DNA of 63,373 bases, counting the filler, from Asterionella formosa (taxonomy: Eukaryota): NCBI GenBank assembly GCA_002256025.1. It is 6 parts of 6 records of this genome, joined end to end, with 100 filler letters (N's around TTAATTAATTAA, not from the genome) between each part and the next. Parts side by side here need not be neighbours in the genome. Positions count along the whole stretch, not along the records: positions 1 to 28,018 come from NKIB01001334.1; 5 more parts are not named here. The stretch is one strand, 5' to 3'. The notes below the pieces were generated by a model. The model was not told the DNA's origin. It worked only from the letters and a program-made list of their open reading frames with translations, and made no database searches. Positions 10,924-22,953 of this stretch are shown here, in pieces. Positions within the stretch are counted from its first letter, which is position 1, and every line of letters starts with the position of its first letter. A program made the translations under genes and the position numbers.

Positions 10924-11947
10924 GATCGATCGATCGATTGATGGATCAACAGATGAGTTGATGCTCAAATTATGCAATTGTGACTAAAATTTTGCGGACG
11001 CAATGAGACGGGCGATTCCAATGTTCTGAATACTCCGAAAGTAGGCAATAGTAAAATAGCAAGGATGACAATTAGGCACAAACCAAGCGTCGCTCATCGT
11101 GCACCTCTATATTATCTCTTTTTTAGAGAGCGCATTAGTCAAGTATCATCTAAATTTGGGTTTTGGAGAGTGCATTCAGCGATGTGGAAACTCGCCATAT
11201 TACAATAAATCGAATCTACATTTCTGTTTAATATTAAATTAAATTGATATCGCGATTGACATTTTGATCCTCGCTCATTCATGATGAGGCGCGCATGATT
11301 TTTGATAGTATGAATGATTTATATGTATAATACATAAGCAGTTGGTGTGTCCGCCAGCCATAACAAAACTCCCAGTACCAGGGTTCTGGTACTTGCGAAT
11401 TGTCCTCAACGCAACGTCGGTGCGTTGCTTCTTGACAAATTACCATACTCCCGGTACGGTACGTGGTACCTGGTGTACTATCGGTGCCAGTATCCTACCG
11501 ATACCTAAAAAGATATGATGAACATAAAGACGGATGGATACATGGCAGCGTCAACGTAAATATTAGATGCACATAAAAAGCGGTACTGGTTATGTTTGTT
11601 GATACTCCAGTATCCAGTACAATTTATCAAGTCATTTTATGGTTGTATCATTAGATACTTAAAGATTGCTACATTTGAACCCCTAGCTCGAGGTAGGGTT
11701 AAAAAATAATATTGAGTCAGACTAATCAAACAAATATTTTCCATATATAAATCAAAATTGGATAACGCTCAACGGAGCTTTCACCAATACACACCCTTTC
11801 CATGTGCATACATACAGACTTCATACAAAGTAGGGTGTAGGTCCACTCTGTAAATCGTCAGTACATAGGATCTGGTCAGAAACTGCAGAAAGGAACTTAG
11901 GTTTTTTAACTAGGCTAAAAAGACTTGGAAATTCGGGGGAAATCTGT

Positions 11948-13983
11948 TTAAGCCACCCCAGAGCTGTAAGTCTTTCCAGTTTTATTGTCGTGCCATCCTT
12001 GTTTGACAGCTTCAAATCGTGCAGCATGAATTTTTTCGTTTCGTTTCATTTCGTTTTGTTTCCTTTTCTGATTGAATTGCGCTTTGTAGGCTGCACCATC
12101 GTTCCGTCGCTTTTCCTTCTGCTTCCAGAAGGATTCTTGCAGTTGGGACATTTTCATTCCACATTGTTTGTATACATCTTCATTGTATTTTGTGACTCCT
12201 TGTGTTTGTTGTCCGGCAACTGATGCCACTCTGTATTTTAGACCACCAGATCCTGCAAACACTTCGTTCTTTGGACATCGTCATGACACTGCATTGTTCA
12301 TTCTCTCATTCATCTGTGTATCAAAGGGATGATACAATGAAAGGAGCTTTTCTCCTTCGACTTTTGTTGCTTCATTTTTCATTAACCATTCATATAATTT
12401 CGTTTCCTTTTCCTTGTCATGATATTTTCCGTTACTAACACTTTTTCCAGACTTTACAGGACACCATGACTCAGAGCAGTAGTCGTGGCAACCAAACAAG
12501 TGGTTGATTGGTGCTTTGGAGGACTCCGTGAATTCGGTTAGAGAGAGGTTCCGGTTTCTTTAATCCATGCTCCATAATATATCTGTAGTCGGAGACAATC
12601 TACTTTGGAAGGTCGCTCTACACAGACTGGGCCATTGGATTTTAGAAAGGTAGGGCGGAGAAGAATGCGGATCCTGTACGATGGATCGGAAAGAAACCTT
12701 GGTTCTGGAATGTGTAGTAGAAGGCATCCTCCGTCGGGTTTTTTACCATTTAATGTCCTTGGCCATTGAAAGTCAGAACGTAGATTTGATAATTCCTTAT
12801 AGGACCATTTGGAGACAGCTCGAATTGTAGAATCATTATCACAGATGATTGTAGAGTATTTAACATTGTATTTAGTAATGGCATCAACCATCACTTCCAC
12901 ACCCGCATCTGGTTCCATTCCTTTGAACTTCCAGTTACGTGATTCTTGGAGCAAACATGATGTGTGATAGGTTTCTTGTACCGTATAGCCCTGTCGCACA
13001 CATTACAGACCTTTGATTTTACTCGATAGTCTAGAATCGTTCTCGTGTAGCCACCAATACAGAACGCATGGCCACTTACTACACAGTTGTACTATTTATT
13101 CCTACTGGATCGCTGCTGCCATCCCATATCATAAGTAACGGTGATTCGCGGCATATTGAGTACAGACATGCGTTCTGTAACAGGTAGACTGTTCCACCAC
13201 TGGAAATCTCGTCCTTTGTCAGCCCAATCGCCGTGTTCACGCAGATTCAGTGTTTGATATATTTCCTCCCGACAAGCCTCTTCCATAGCAAGAGCTGTTG
13301 TTGCCACTTCAGCCTCACCAACTTTCTCTTCTACCTTGGGTTGACCAAAATCTAACTGCAAGAGGTAAGTTCATTGCGGAACAAACAATGTCAGCGTCAC
13401 CAGGTCCCAATCCAGCTTTGTGACAACCAAGAATATACTGCTGGTTGCTTGCAAACTGTTTGCCTCTTTTTTCTTTTTATCTCACCATGGTCTGGCATCA
13501 TCTTCGTTGTTGCAGCTTCGAGTTTAGCAAACTGTTTTTGCCAGGTCAAACATGTTATTTTGACGGCACTTGCCAACCCGTAGGTCTCCGATGACACGAC
13601 AATCAACGGTTGCATTACTGATTTTTCTAACAAGGCTTGTTCCAAGAAAGAATCACATTTCTCTACCATTGCAATGTGGTAGACACTATTGTTTTGAAGG
13701 CAAGTTACAAAGGCACAAACAGTATGTTTACTATATTCGTCAACAAATGTACTAATACATGTTCTGCAAAACACGTTTTCCTGCAGCAATGTCGACAATG
13801 AATGATAATCGATGACTTGATTCCTGCTTTGCTGAAATGAATGGTAGATGTGATTGTTGCAGGAGGAGGTTGTTTGATTGTAGGAGACCAGCAATTCTGA
13901 TTTTCGTCGTTGACTATGTTCCGACGTCCATGACTACAAACTCCAATTCCTGCTAAAAGACGGCCACCACTGGAGCGCGGCAT
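11948..13983 (-). mobile_element. Decayed DDE DNA transposase (Pfam 'Mutator-like transposase' / Kolobok-type)
   Basis: Fragments across frames: N-terminal CxxC (FCRTC), GLAS, ITVTYDMGWQQRSS (D1), SGHAFCIG, CSKNHVTGSSKGMEP, IICDNDSTIRA (D2), HDYCSESWCP, DTQMNERMN (E); multiple stops and frameshifts. Confidence 0.85.
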
Positions 13984-14260
13984 GTTGTTTTAGTTGTCTA
14001 TGTTGTTTGTTGTTATTACTGAGGTGTTAAATTAAAAAATTATATAACAACGTTACTAACAAAATAATATAGAAAATAAGAAGAGTACATGCCACAACCT
14101 CACTTCTAGATGATGAGTTTAAAACAACATGCGTACTAGGTGCATTGATGTAAAATATTCAATTGAAGTGAATGAAAGTATTAAAATAAACTAATCACTA
14201 CTAGATTTAGAACATTGAGAAACAGGTTTGAAGCCAGTGTACTCTTTTTTTTTAAAACCC

Positions 14261-14355
14261 AATGAAATTCTTAATTCCAGGGAATTTCGGCAACCAAACC
14301 CTAGGCAAAAATTAAAATAGGGTTGCCAAAAATCCCTGGAATGAAGAATTTCATT
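14261..14355. repeat. 35-bp-arm inverted repeat upstream of the transposase
   Basis: aatgaaattcttaattccagggaatttcggcaacc pairs with ggttgccaaaaatccctggaatgaagaatttcatt (3 mismatches), 25-nt loop. Confidence 0.85.
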
Positions 14356-15194
14356 AGCTACTATGACGTGATTCTATTTGAAATATTTAAATCATTGGAA
14401 ATTTGCGCGTACGTACATAGATTCCTTTTCGAATTCGCTAAATATATATAAATAAACAATAGCATCAATGAATGTATATATACCCTATAATACGATCAAC
14501 ATATGTGTGTCAGAGAATCAAGCCGGCACCAGCATGGCAAATATCATAAAATTATTTGGGCAAAAACGGACCTTGTAATGTGTAACTGTGGGGCCGCAAC
14601 CTTAATATTCTTATGACCCAGCAAAATAAAATGTACGTATAGTGAGGACGACAAATTTGAATCAGGATGATAGCAGGCTACTTGCAAATTGTGCATTCAA
14701 AACTTAAATAAATATGCTGGCCAGCTCAGACAAAGGTTGTCTTTGAATTGTGGCATGATTGCTTTTCTGCTGGAACTCGATTCTGAATTTGGCTTGAACT
14801 ATTTTAGGGTGATGAAACTCATTCACAATCTCAAACCCCCCCAATCGAAATAAGGATGGGGGGGGGGTGCTTACAGGAGCACAAGATTCTGTCAGGGTCA
14901 GAGATGTTATACTATATTCATATAGAATATATCGGTCATGTATGTTCCTGCTGTTTGTTATCAGCACCAGATTAGTAACAATGTAATGACAATGATGATA
15001 CAATAATTGTTTACAGATAAATCACAATCAATAAATCAATAGTTGTTTTCAGCCAATGATGTTGCATTTTACAGCTTGGACTCAATGTACAATGGACGTG
15101 TACAAACAATATGGGTTCTGATACTGCAATAAATAACGGAGATGTTATAGCTGCAGTCGAGCGCCACTTCGTTTCTGAATTTCCATTTTAGTTA

Positions 15195-15800
15195 TTTATC
15201 AATGAATATGAAAACTTCATCAACAATTGCTTCACTAATTGCTAGCGACATATGATCATGTATTCTAGTATCTAAACAAATAATTTAAGTGTTCTTGGTC
15301 AGTCATAAAAAATTCATATAGTTTACAATAAATATCAAAGCTATGTCAACAATTGCTTCACTAATTGCTAGCGACACATGATCATGTATTCTAGTATCAA
15401 ATGTTCTTGGGCAGTTATAAAAAATTCAATAAATTTTACAATGAATATCAAAGCAACGTGAAAAATTGCTAGCAACACATGATAATGTATTCTAGTATCT
15501 AAGCAAATAGCAAAAGAGTTGGCCAGTCATAAAAGGTTCAATATATTTTACAATGAATTATCAAACCTTTGTCAACAATTGCTTCACTAATTGCTATCAA
15601 CACATGATCATGTATTCTAGTATCTAAGCAAATAGCAAAAGAGTTGGGCAGTCATAAAAAATTCAATATATTTTACAATGAATAATCAAGCAAACCTACG
15701 TCAACAATTACTTCACTAATTGCTAGCAACACATGATCATGTATTCTATTATCTAAGTAAATAACAGAAGTGTTGGGCAGTCATAAAAAAGTTAATATTT
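15195..15800. repeat. AT-rich minisatellite, ~5 copies of a ~113-129-bp unit
   Basis: caacaattgcttcactaattgctagc.acacatgatcatgtattctagtatc...cagtcataaaaaattca recurs at ~15221, 15347, ~15460 (degenerate), 15573 and 15702. Confidence 0.92.
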
Positions 15801-16389
15801 ATAATCATTGTGTAAATGTGAATGTATTTATATTATTTATGTCTTTGTGTAAAATCGGTGGAAGGACTTAGTTGGTTGAGTATCATGTTGCCTCTGATCT
15901 GGACTTGCATTGTTCGATGCCCGCTATTTTTCTGAGAAGCAATTATTGGGTTCGACTCCCACAATCCTCGCCATCCCGCGCGGTCTTGGCTGATGTGCAA
16001 GGAAAATAAATTTGGCCCCCTACAGGTTGGGGACTCAAATACGCTAACAAAACTTGGGCAGGAAGCACTTTTCAATCACCACAGGGAGCACCAGGTACCA
16101 GCAGGATGAGCAGCATCATGCATAGAACTTTATTTCAATAATTTCTATATTACATTATTACTAGCCTTGTAACAGGATTGTATTCATTGCGCTCTATGGC
16201 CCAGAAAACTGTGCTGGGGTGGTGGGGAGTTTTGGGGTGGTCACTCACTGAGTAGGAGTCTTGTGAAAAGGTTTTGCCATCACATTTTGTAGCCAGGTTC
16301 ATGAATAACACTTGTCTTGTAGGTGGGTCAAGAGCCTGGATTTTTTCTTTGTTTTTCCATTTTGTCTTTCCTAAAATTTGTCAGAGCAT

Positions 16390-16650
16390 TCTTCAACTGA
16401 ATGATGCTGTTGGATGGATTTTGGTCATTTGGTCTATCTCCATAAGTTTCTTGTCAATTCTTGTGGTTCTTTCATCTCTTTGTTGTTCAGTATGTACTGT
16501 GTACTAGGTAGGGTGGCTGGGACGGAAATGGTCTGTGTGGATCTGATTTGGATGCATGGATATCGTCAAAAGCCTTACTCAATTTAATGATGCTGTTGGG
16601 TGCATTTTGGTCGTTTCTTGTCAATTCTTGTGGTTCTTTCATCTTCTTGT
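16390..16650. repeat. Diverged direct repeat (~70-90 bp, 2 copies)
   Basis: aatgatgctgttgg.tg.attttggtc...tttcttgtcaattcttgtggttctttcatct near 16400 and near 16586. Confidence 0.75.
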
Positions 16651-17223
16651 AGCTTGTTGTATACTTTGTAGTTGCTGTGGTGTTGAAACGGACTTATTTG
16701 ATTGGTAAATATACATCGCCATCCATGGTGAAAGATGGTGCTTACCAGTGTCAGTAGGATTGCTTTGATAGTATTACTAGCTTAGTTTCTTCTAGTTACA
16801 TTTGGGTGCTTTGACAAAATTGTGTAGCATCTTGTATAATAATACAGATAGTCTGGAATATCATTTTTTCCGGTAGTACCGGAATTCGTTGTTGAGGACT
16901 GCACAGAGAGATAGACATAAAATGTCAAGTTCGAAGTGAGGATATCTTAATTACTTGGAACTCCTACCAGTTTTAAAGTATAAAAGGAAAACCAACGAGC
17001 TTCCTTGCCTCTCAAGGGAAGGAATGATCTGAACCATTGATAATGTCCGTTCACATTTATATGTACATTCATTGATCTCCATATACAATAATTCCCAACA
17101 TGCAAAGACAAAACTAAGAAGGACAATTTCTACACATATTTCTTCACTAACAAAGTGCGATTTAAAGTACAATTGCAGCATGTAGTAAAAATGTATTCCA
17201 ATCTCCATATGGCCGTTCACTTG

Positions 17224-18865
17224 TTACTTAACGACTCTTCCCTCGACACTGATATTGGCACTGCGTTGATTTTTGGCGACAACACGAGTTTTTTCTGTCA
17301 TGCGTTTGCTCAAATGCCCTCGTGTGTCCTTGGGAGGTCCAGGTTTGATCATTCGTTTGTCGGCCACAGTGCCTGTCTTGTTTTGAGGACGGACAGTGTA
17401 TTGAAAGCCAGTACTGAATGGAACACGGACACGATTCAATGCCTTTTCGTGAGTTCCCTTGGCCCCTGATGCAATCAATGAATTCAAGTCTTGTTGTGCA
17501 GATCGCTTAGTATTCGAGGTGCTAGTCGATGCCATTGCCGCCGCGGCAGCATGATGAGCTCGGTTCATAGCAGCCAATCCTTGTCCACCACGAGATCCAT
17601 GTACATGCTCTAAATCTTTCATGTTTCCACTCTTTTGGAAAATAGGACGGCTCCAGCGTTCAATTAATTTCTTGAGTTGACGTTTGAGCGTTGGTGTTTC
17701 CTGTGGGTGCATGTATAGGCCCATGACAACTTTTCCAAAGTCACTGCGCTTCAAATCATGAGCAACAATGCCTTGATCGCCACTCATGGCAGTGACTGTT
17801 TCAATGATGCGATTCCGGACAGTCACATTTCCCAGTGTACCATTGGGAAGGGGTTGGATCCATCGTTTGCAGGCTGCCAAAACGTCCATGTCCAAGAGAA
17901 GTCGCATCATATCACGTCGGGTCAACATTTCCACAACTGCTGGCAAGAATGCCAATTTCTTGGTCGCAGGACGTTTGACTTTGATGGCTTCCAAATCTTC
18001 ATCTGCACAGTGCTCCATTTTGGAAATGAATTCCTTGGCCTCTTCCTCCAAGTCTCCCAACTTCTTTTGTTCGCGTTTCTTTTTCTTCATTTTATGAACA
18101 GCTGCCATGATGGGATTCTCTGGTTCACCTTCACCATTTTCATCGTCGCTGACCGCGTCAGGCGACTTGCGGCGATTGCTGTACTCCCCCACCTTTCGTT
18201 TTTTGCTGCGATGGCCCCCATCTTCATCATCGTCTGATCCGTCAGGACGCTCATCATCAAAATGCTGTTCAGAATACAATTCATTAATGGCATCTTCGTC
18301 ATCTCCATCGACATCAATAAAGTCATTGTCTTCCTTGGTACGCTGAAAGTTCGAGTCACTATCATAGGAATCCCCAGATTCGTAATCCTTTTCCGAGGGA
18401 CTGGGTGCTGGTTTCTTCTCCTTCTTATTGGAGCTTATATTCTTGGGTTCTGCAGCTCGCTTCTTTTGTTGCAAGGCTTCCATCCGTTCCCGTTTGGACA
18501 TGGGTTGTGGCTGTTTCGCCTTTGGTTTCTTCGCGTCCTCATCATCTGAATCATCAAATAGTCCTCCATCCTCATCATCGTTGTCAGCGTCTTTTTACGT
18601 CAATATAAAGTGTGAGCACATATGCATTGTAGAATGTTTGAGACAATTACAACAACAAACGAAAAAAATTGTTTGTATTGACAGTTTCTTTACCTGGAAT
18701 GACTTTTGTAGGAGCTACTTTCTTTTGAAGACGTTTGGGCTTTTTCTTGACAGCTGCAGGAGGTTTCTTTGTGATTGCATTCGTAGTAGTATTGGTTTCA
18801 GCAATCAAGTCATCTGTATCACCTCCATCATCGGATCCAAATAAATCATCATCATCATCACTCAT
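17224..18865 (-). CDS. IWS1: Transcription elongation factor IWS1/Spn1 (2 exons: 18865-18694, 18590-17224)
   Basis: Acidic N-terminus; TFIIS-N-like domain PATKKLAFLPAV...WIQPLPNGTLGNVTVR...LKRSDFGKVVM...KLIERWSRPIF; C-terminal RARVP-like RVRVP and ISVEGR; GT-AG intron 18693-18591 restores frame. Confidence 0.92.
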
Positions 18866-19560
18866 CGTCAGTAATCGTTACAAGTTTGTTTGCCTTGTCG
18901 TCGTTGTTGTTTCCATGAGTTACCATATAAATTTACTGTCTATGATGAATGCTTTGGACTTTTTGTGTCTGTTTGATCATGGCTGGCGGGTGAAAACAAG
19001 AAGGTGATTGCAGTATGTACCAGGTACCATGAGGTAATACCGGTAGTTTGTAAATTTACCTACCGTATGTAGTACCGGTGCTCCCTCAGTCCAATATTCT
19101 TGTCAGCAGACCTATTATCGTACCTACCGTAGTTAGTTGCATTGATTATTGGAGCACTCAGTGCCAAGCAGCTTATTTTAGGACGGATTACGTGGACAAT
19201 ATACAATTTTTCTACATAAGGGTGGGCTACTCGAAAATGTGTTTTATTTGCCATGTAATTATTTAGAAGTGAGTATAAACTTGCAATCGCTACATAATTA
19301 AATAATAAGCATCTCAATAAATTAATCGAAACCAATTTTACATCATACACATATTTATTGAGTGCATCAACATATTGCCAAATGCTGCTTTACATTGGCT
19401 GGCAACCCAAATATTTATGGGAAACGGAATAACACAATTAACTATCAAAATTATAATATGAAGAGAAAAACAGTTGTATCATACATTTTCTAAGGCTGTT
19501 ACAGTTAAATTGACCATATTGCAGGATAATGCTGGTATTAATCATCAAACTGAGCAAACT

Positions 19561-19960
19561 ATTATTTCTTCCTTCCCATCCTCATCGCCACTTTTGCAGT
19601 TGTGCATCCATAATGGAGTGCAAGTTTCCTTTGTTCTCCTGTTATTTATCCTCCTTTGTATATATGTTGAGAGAAGATGGTTTGAAGAAAAATGGGTCAT
19701 CATGCATCATCTGCATTTTGGTCAAGATGGCCATGAGTGAAAATCGAAAATGGCCAAAAACGGTTTTTTGTCATGTAGATGCCAATTTTAAATTTACTAA
19801 ATTAATATTATCCATACTAGATCGATAGCATTTTTTCAATGGCACACAAAAGGGCAATTGAGCCAGAGAAAATCATAAAAGGTCAAAATGGCCCCGGAGA
19901 AATTTGAATTATTGCTTGATGCAGCTGCTATTCTTGGACAGAGTGTGAGTACATGATACC
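19561..19960. repeat. Dispersed repeat copy A (homologous to 20531-20720 + 21020-21105)
   Basis: ttcttcctt..catc..catcgccacttt...tatgttgaga...gaaaaatgg...agtgaaaatcgaaaa and agccagagaaaatc..a...gtcaaaatggcccc shared with copy B. Confidence 0.8.
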
Positions 19961-20530
19961 TGGTTTTACGGTACTAACTTCTGGTAAAAATTGTAAAAAA
20001 TCACACCTACGGTGATTACAACCATGCAACGACAAATGATGTGCCAACGCAAGGGCTGAAAGAACGAATGATTCGCCACTCGTGCAGCACACCACCCATC
20101 GATTGCACGACCGAGTGCTCAGAGGCAACAATTAAAATAAACATTATTGTATATAACCCTTGAACAACAACAACAAACTGAATACCGGTAAACTGATTCA
20201 AACACCACCAACAGGCAGGTAGAAAAATAGGAGACTACCTGGTACCAGGGTACCAACTATCAGTATAACTACTATCAGGTACTCCCAGACGAGGGTTACT
20301 CTAACAATTATATGTATGAGAATCAGGCACTATTCATTTATTATGCACCCGACTATAGTACCAGTAATTAATAAGTGCAAAACGAGGAACATACCTGCTG
20401 CCTTTGCACTTTGATGGGCAAGAGAGCAGTACGATGTTCAAACAATTGGTTGACATACAACCAACAAGAATACTACAGGTAGCTAATGCATAGTCACTCT
20501 CTCAAAACAACAAGCATACCCTGGTACCAT

Positions 20531-21105
20531 GATTGTTTTCTTCCTTCGCATCATCGCCACTTTCGTGGATGCACAATCCACTATCGATGTCAAGTTGCCG
20601 TTGTTCTACTAGTATATCCTACTTTGTATGTATGTTGAGAATAGGTGGTTCAAAGAAAAATGGATCCTCATGAATCTGCATTTCGCTCGAGATAGCCAAA
20701 AGTGAAAATCGAAAAAGCCCTTCCAAATTAAATTATTAAGTAAATTTTATTGAACGCTATTGTTAAAGAACTCGACAATTGTGGAGGCTGTGAAGTTGCA
20801 CTTGGGCCCCCCAGAGGGCCTTAGACCTGCTTGTTATCGGCCTCACCAGCCGGAACCCAAGGGACTACATAAACAAAGTAGGTGGAGAATGCGGGAATCG
20901 GACCTGCCATCTCGGAAGTTGAGTTAACCAACTAAGCTAGCTATTCCCCTTTATAAAATTTAACATATATTGTATACAAGAATCTGTAGCTTAGGACAAG
21001 CCCCACTATAGTTAAATTAAGCCAGAGAAAATCGTAGTAGTCAAAATGGCCCCAAAGAAGTTTTAAGAATCGATGCATTTGTTATTGGATGGAGTGAGAA
21101 CAATG
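20531..21105. repeat. Dispersed repeat copy B, interrupted by a ~300-bp SINE-like segment
   Basis: Aligns to copy A at 20531-20720 and 21020-21105; the middle is unrelated to copy A. Confidence 0.78.
20725..20949 (-). mobile_element. tRNA-Ala-derived SINE-like element (tRNA-like head 20949-20883, body, AT-rich tail)
   Basis: Minus strand GGGGAATAGCTAGCTTAGTTGGTTAACTCAACTTCCGAGATGGCAGGTCCGATTCCCGCATTCTCCA: tRNA-Ala-type ends (GGGGAAT...CCCGCATTCTCCA), A box TAGCTTAGTTGG, B box GGTCCGATTCC, collapsed anticodon arm. Confidence 0.65.
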
Positions 21106-21295
21106 TACCATTTCAATATATACTTCTATATTTTTTGCCAACAACGGTGGACTTTGGTATCATGATTATATACAACTTTCATCTATAGATATATTCTATA
21201 CAACAGCATACATCTATACTTTACATCCACTGTAGAATGTGGTGAATAGTAGCTAGCAGTGTAACAGTTGTTTGTAACATTTGCTTTGGCGGCAG

Positions 21296-21545
21296 TGCTG
21301 CATGCGGCTTGCTTATGATCATGGCGTTTAATGGTGACAATACGGAAATTGATCCTGCATGATATGATGCATATTCACATGGACTGTCTTATAGGATAAG
21401 CAGTGACAAATGACTTCCTTTGCACCATGATGCATGAATACAGCACTTCAAGTGTTGGAATTCTTGTTCCAACAATATCCTGATTCTGTCAAGGACAAGG
21501 AGAATGATGGAAAACTTCCTTTGCACTATCATGGTCATGCATGTG
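21296..21545 (+). pseudogene. Ankyrin-repeat relic (diatom LPLH-type)
   Basis: Fragments VLHAACL*, *LPLHHDA*, QVLEFLFQQYPDSVKDKENDGKLPLHY, with stops and frameshifts. Confidence 0.65.
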
Positions 21546-22458
21546 ATATATCTACAGCTCACAGTCCTAATAGAGGAGTCAGCTGATAAGAACTTCCTCT
21601 TAAAAATTCTTGTCAACTTATTCAAGAAACATTGGGATAACAGCCTTGGAGAGCTAATCTACTAGCGAGAACGAGTAATCCTTTAGCTCATAATTAACTA
21701 CTATTCAAAATAATCGCCATAACCACTTTAAAAATTCCTAGTACGCATTACTACTTCGACCTGATGACCACAAGGCAACTATATGATACCATGAGTAGGG
21801 TTCTTTTCGGTTATTCTGATCCTACTACAATTCAGGAAAGGATCACTGTGAGTGTTTTCTTCAACCAAGTGTTTGTTCAAGGCTATGAAGAAAGTCGAAC
21901 TTTCATGGCCAATACAGTTCATGAAATTTTAGGAGTGAAAAAATTTATTTATTACCTACTGTTTTCAAAATATTTGTACAGATTAAAACAGATTATACAT
22001 TCTTAGCCATGATGCACCCCATCTACTTTGATCGGTACTGTACTCTACACACACTCGTCCTGTATGATACTGGTACCGGTAAATGTGCCAGCATGCTAGA
22101 ATACACTATTTCAGAATTGACAACATTACCCGCTCTTTTCACTGGTGCCACCACACGTTTATCTACCACGTATGAAAACTAGAACCGGGTACCCAAGAAC
22201 TGTACATGGTACCAGGTACCGGTACTCCACTCCTATGTCCTTCATGTTAAAAAATAACATCATCCCACCCTTCCCATTACTGTGGCTTTTCATCCGCTTC
22301 GTTGATTGATCCTCCTCGCGCTCCTTTCTTCCATTCCACTCTGACACAGATTGATAGTATCTACAAGGGCTATTCACGCTAGACAAACGCAACGAAAGTG
22401 TCTATTATTGTCCGCAAGCAAAGCAACAACGAAATTAAACAGCGTTTCTATTAGCACG

Positions 22459-22773
22459 ATGCTGTCAGCCGCGGGTTTCACTCTAGTTAAACGAAGTTGG
22501 GCCGCTGTCAGTCGACATTACTCAATTTCAGCTCCTGCATATCCAATGATAGGGGAGATACATTCTAATCCACTTCATTCCTTCGCGTCCTCGGTTTTCA
22601 ATAATAGGCAGACCTCCTTTTTTGCCAATACGCTAGCTTCGTTTCATGGGATTTTGCAGGATTTGCACATTTGGAACATGAGCTCCACGCGCAAGAAGCG
22701 AAGATCCATGATGAACAAGCACAAGCTTCGAAAGAGACGCAAAAAGGATCGTCTCAAGAATAGAAAGCAATAA
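22459..22773 (+). CDS. Mitochondrial small-subunit ribosomal protein mS38 (COX24/AURKAIP1, DUF1713)
   Basis: Presequence-like N-terminus MLSAAGFTLVKRSW; C-terminal IWNMSSTRKKRRSMMNKHKLRKRRKKDR signature. Confidence 0.85.
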   Translation: MLSAAGFTLVKRSWAAVSRHYSISAPAYPMIGEIHSNPLHSFASSVFNNRQTSFFANTLASFHGILQDLHIWNMSSTRKKRRSMMNKHKLRKRRKKDRLKNRKQ

Positions 22774-22953
22774 TAAATATAATAATTAAACACAAGGTGA
22801 AATGAAACATCAAAATGGAGTGAATTTGTATTGGTTCTTCTTTATGTATATATCCACGTTACAACAACCCAATTTGTTTTGATTAATACGCTCCGTTCAC
22901 TTTTTCTCTCTCTATAAATAAATTTACCATCATAAGTACATGTACACACACAC

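Noticed and set aside
14957..14970. gttatcagcacc as a Copia primer-binding site
   Set aside because: No adjacent LTR or gag recognisable; too short to support.
15195..15800. Regularly spaced repeats as a CRISPR array (also 58150-58470)
   Set aside because: The 'spacers' are homologous to each other, units are 92-129 bp, there are no cas genes and the DNA is eukaryotic.
20883..20949. Functional tRNA-Ala gene
   Set aside because: Anticodon arm is missing and the T-loop is mutated.
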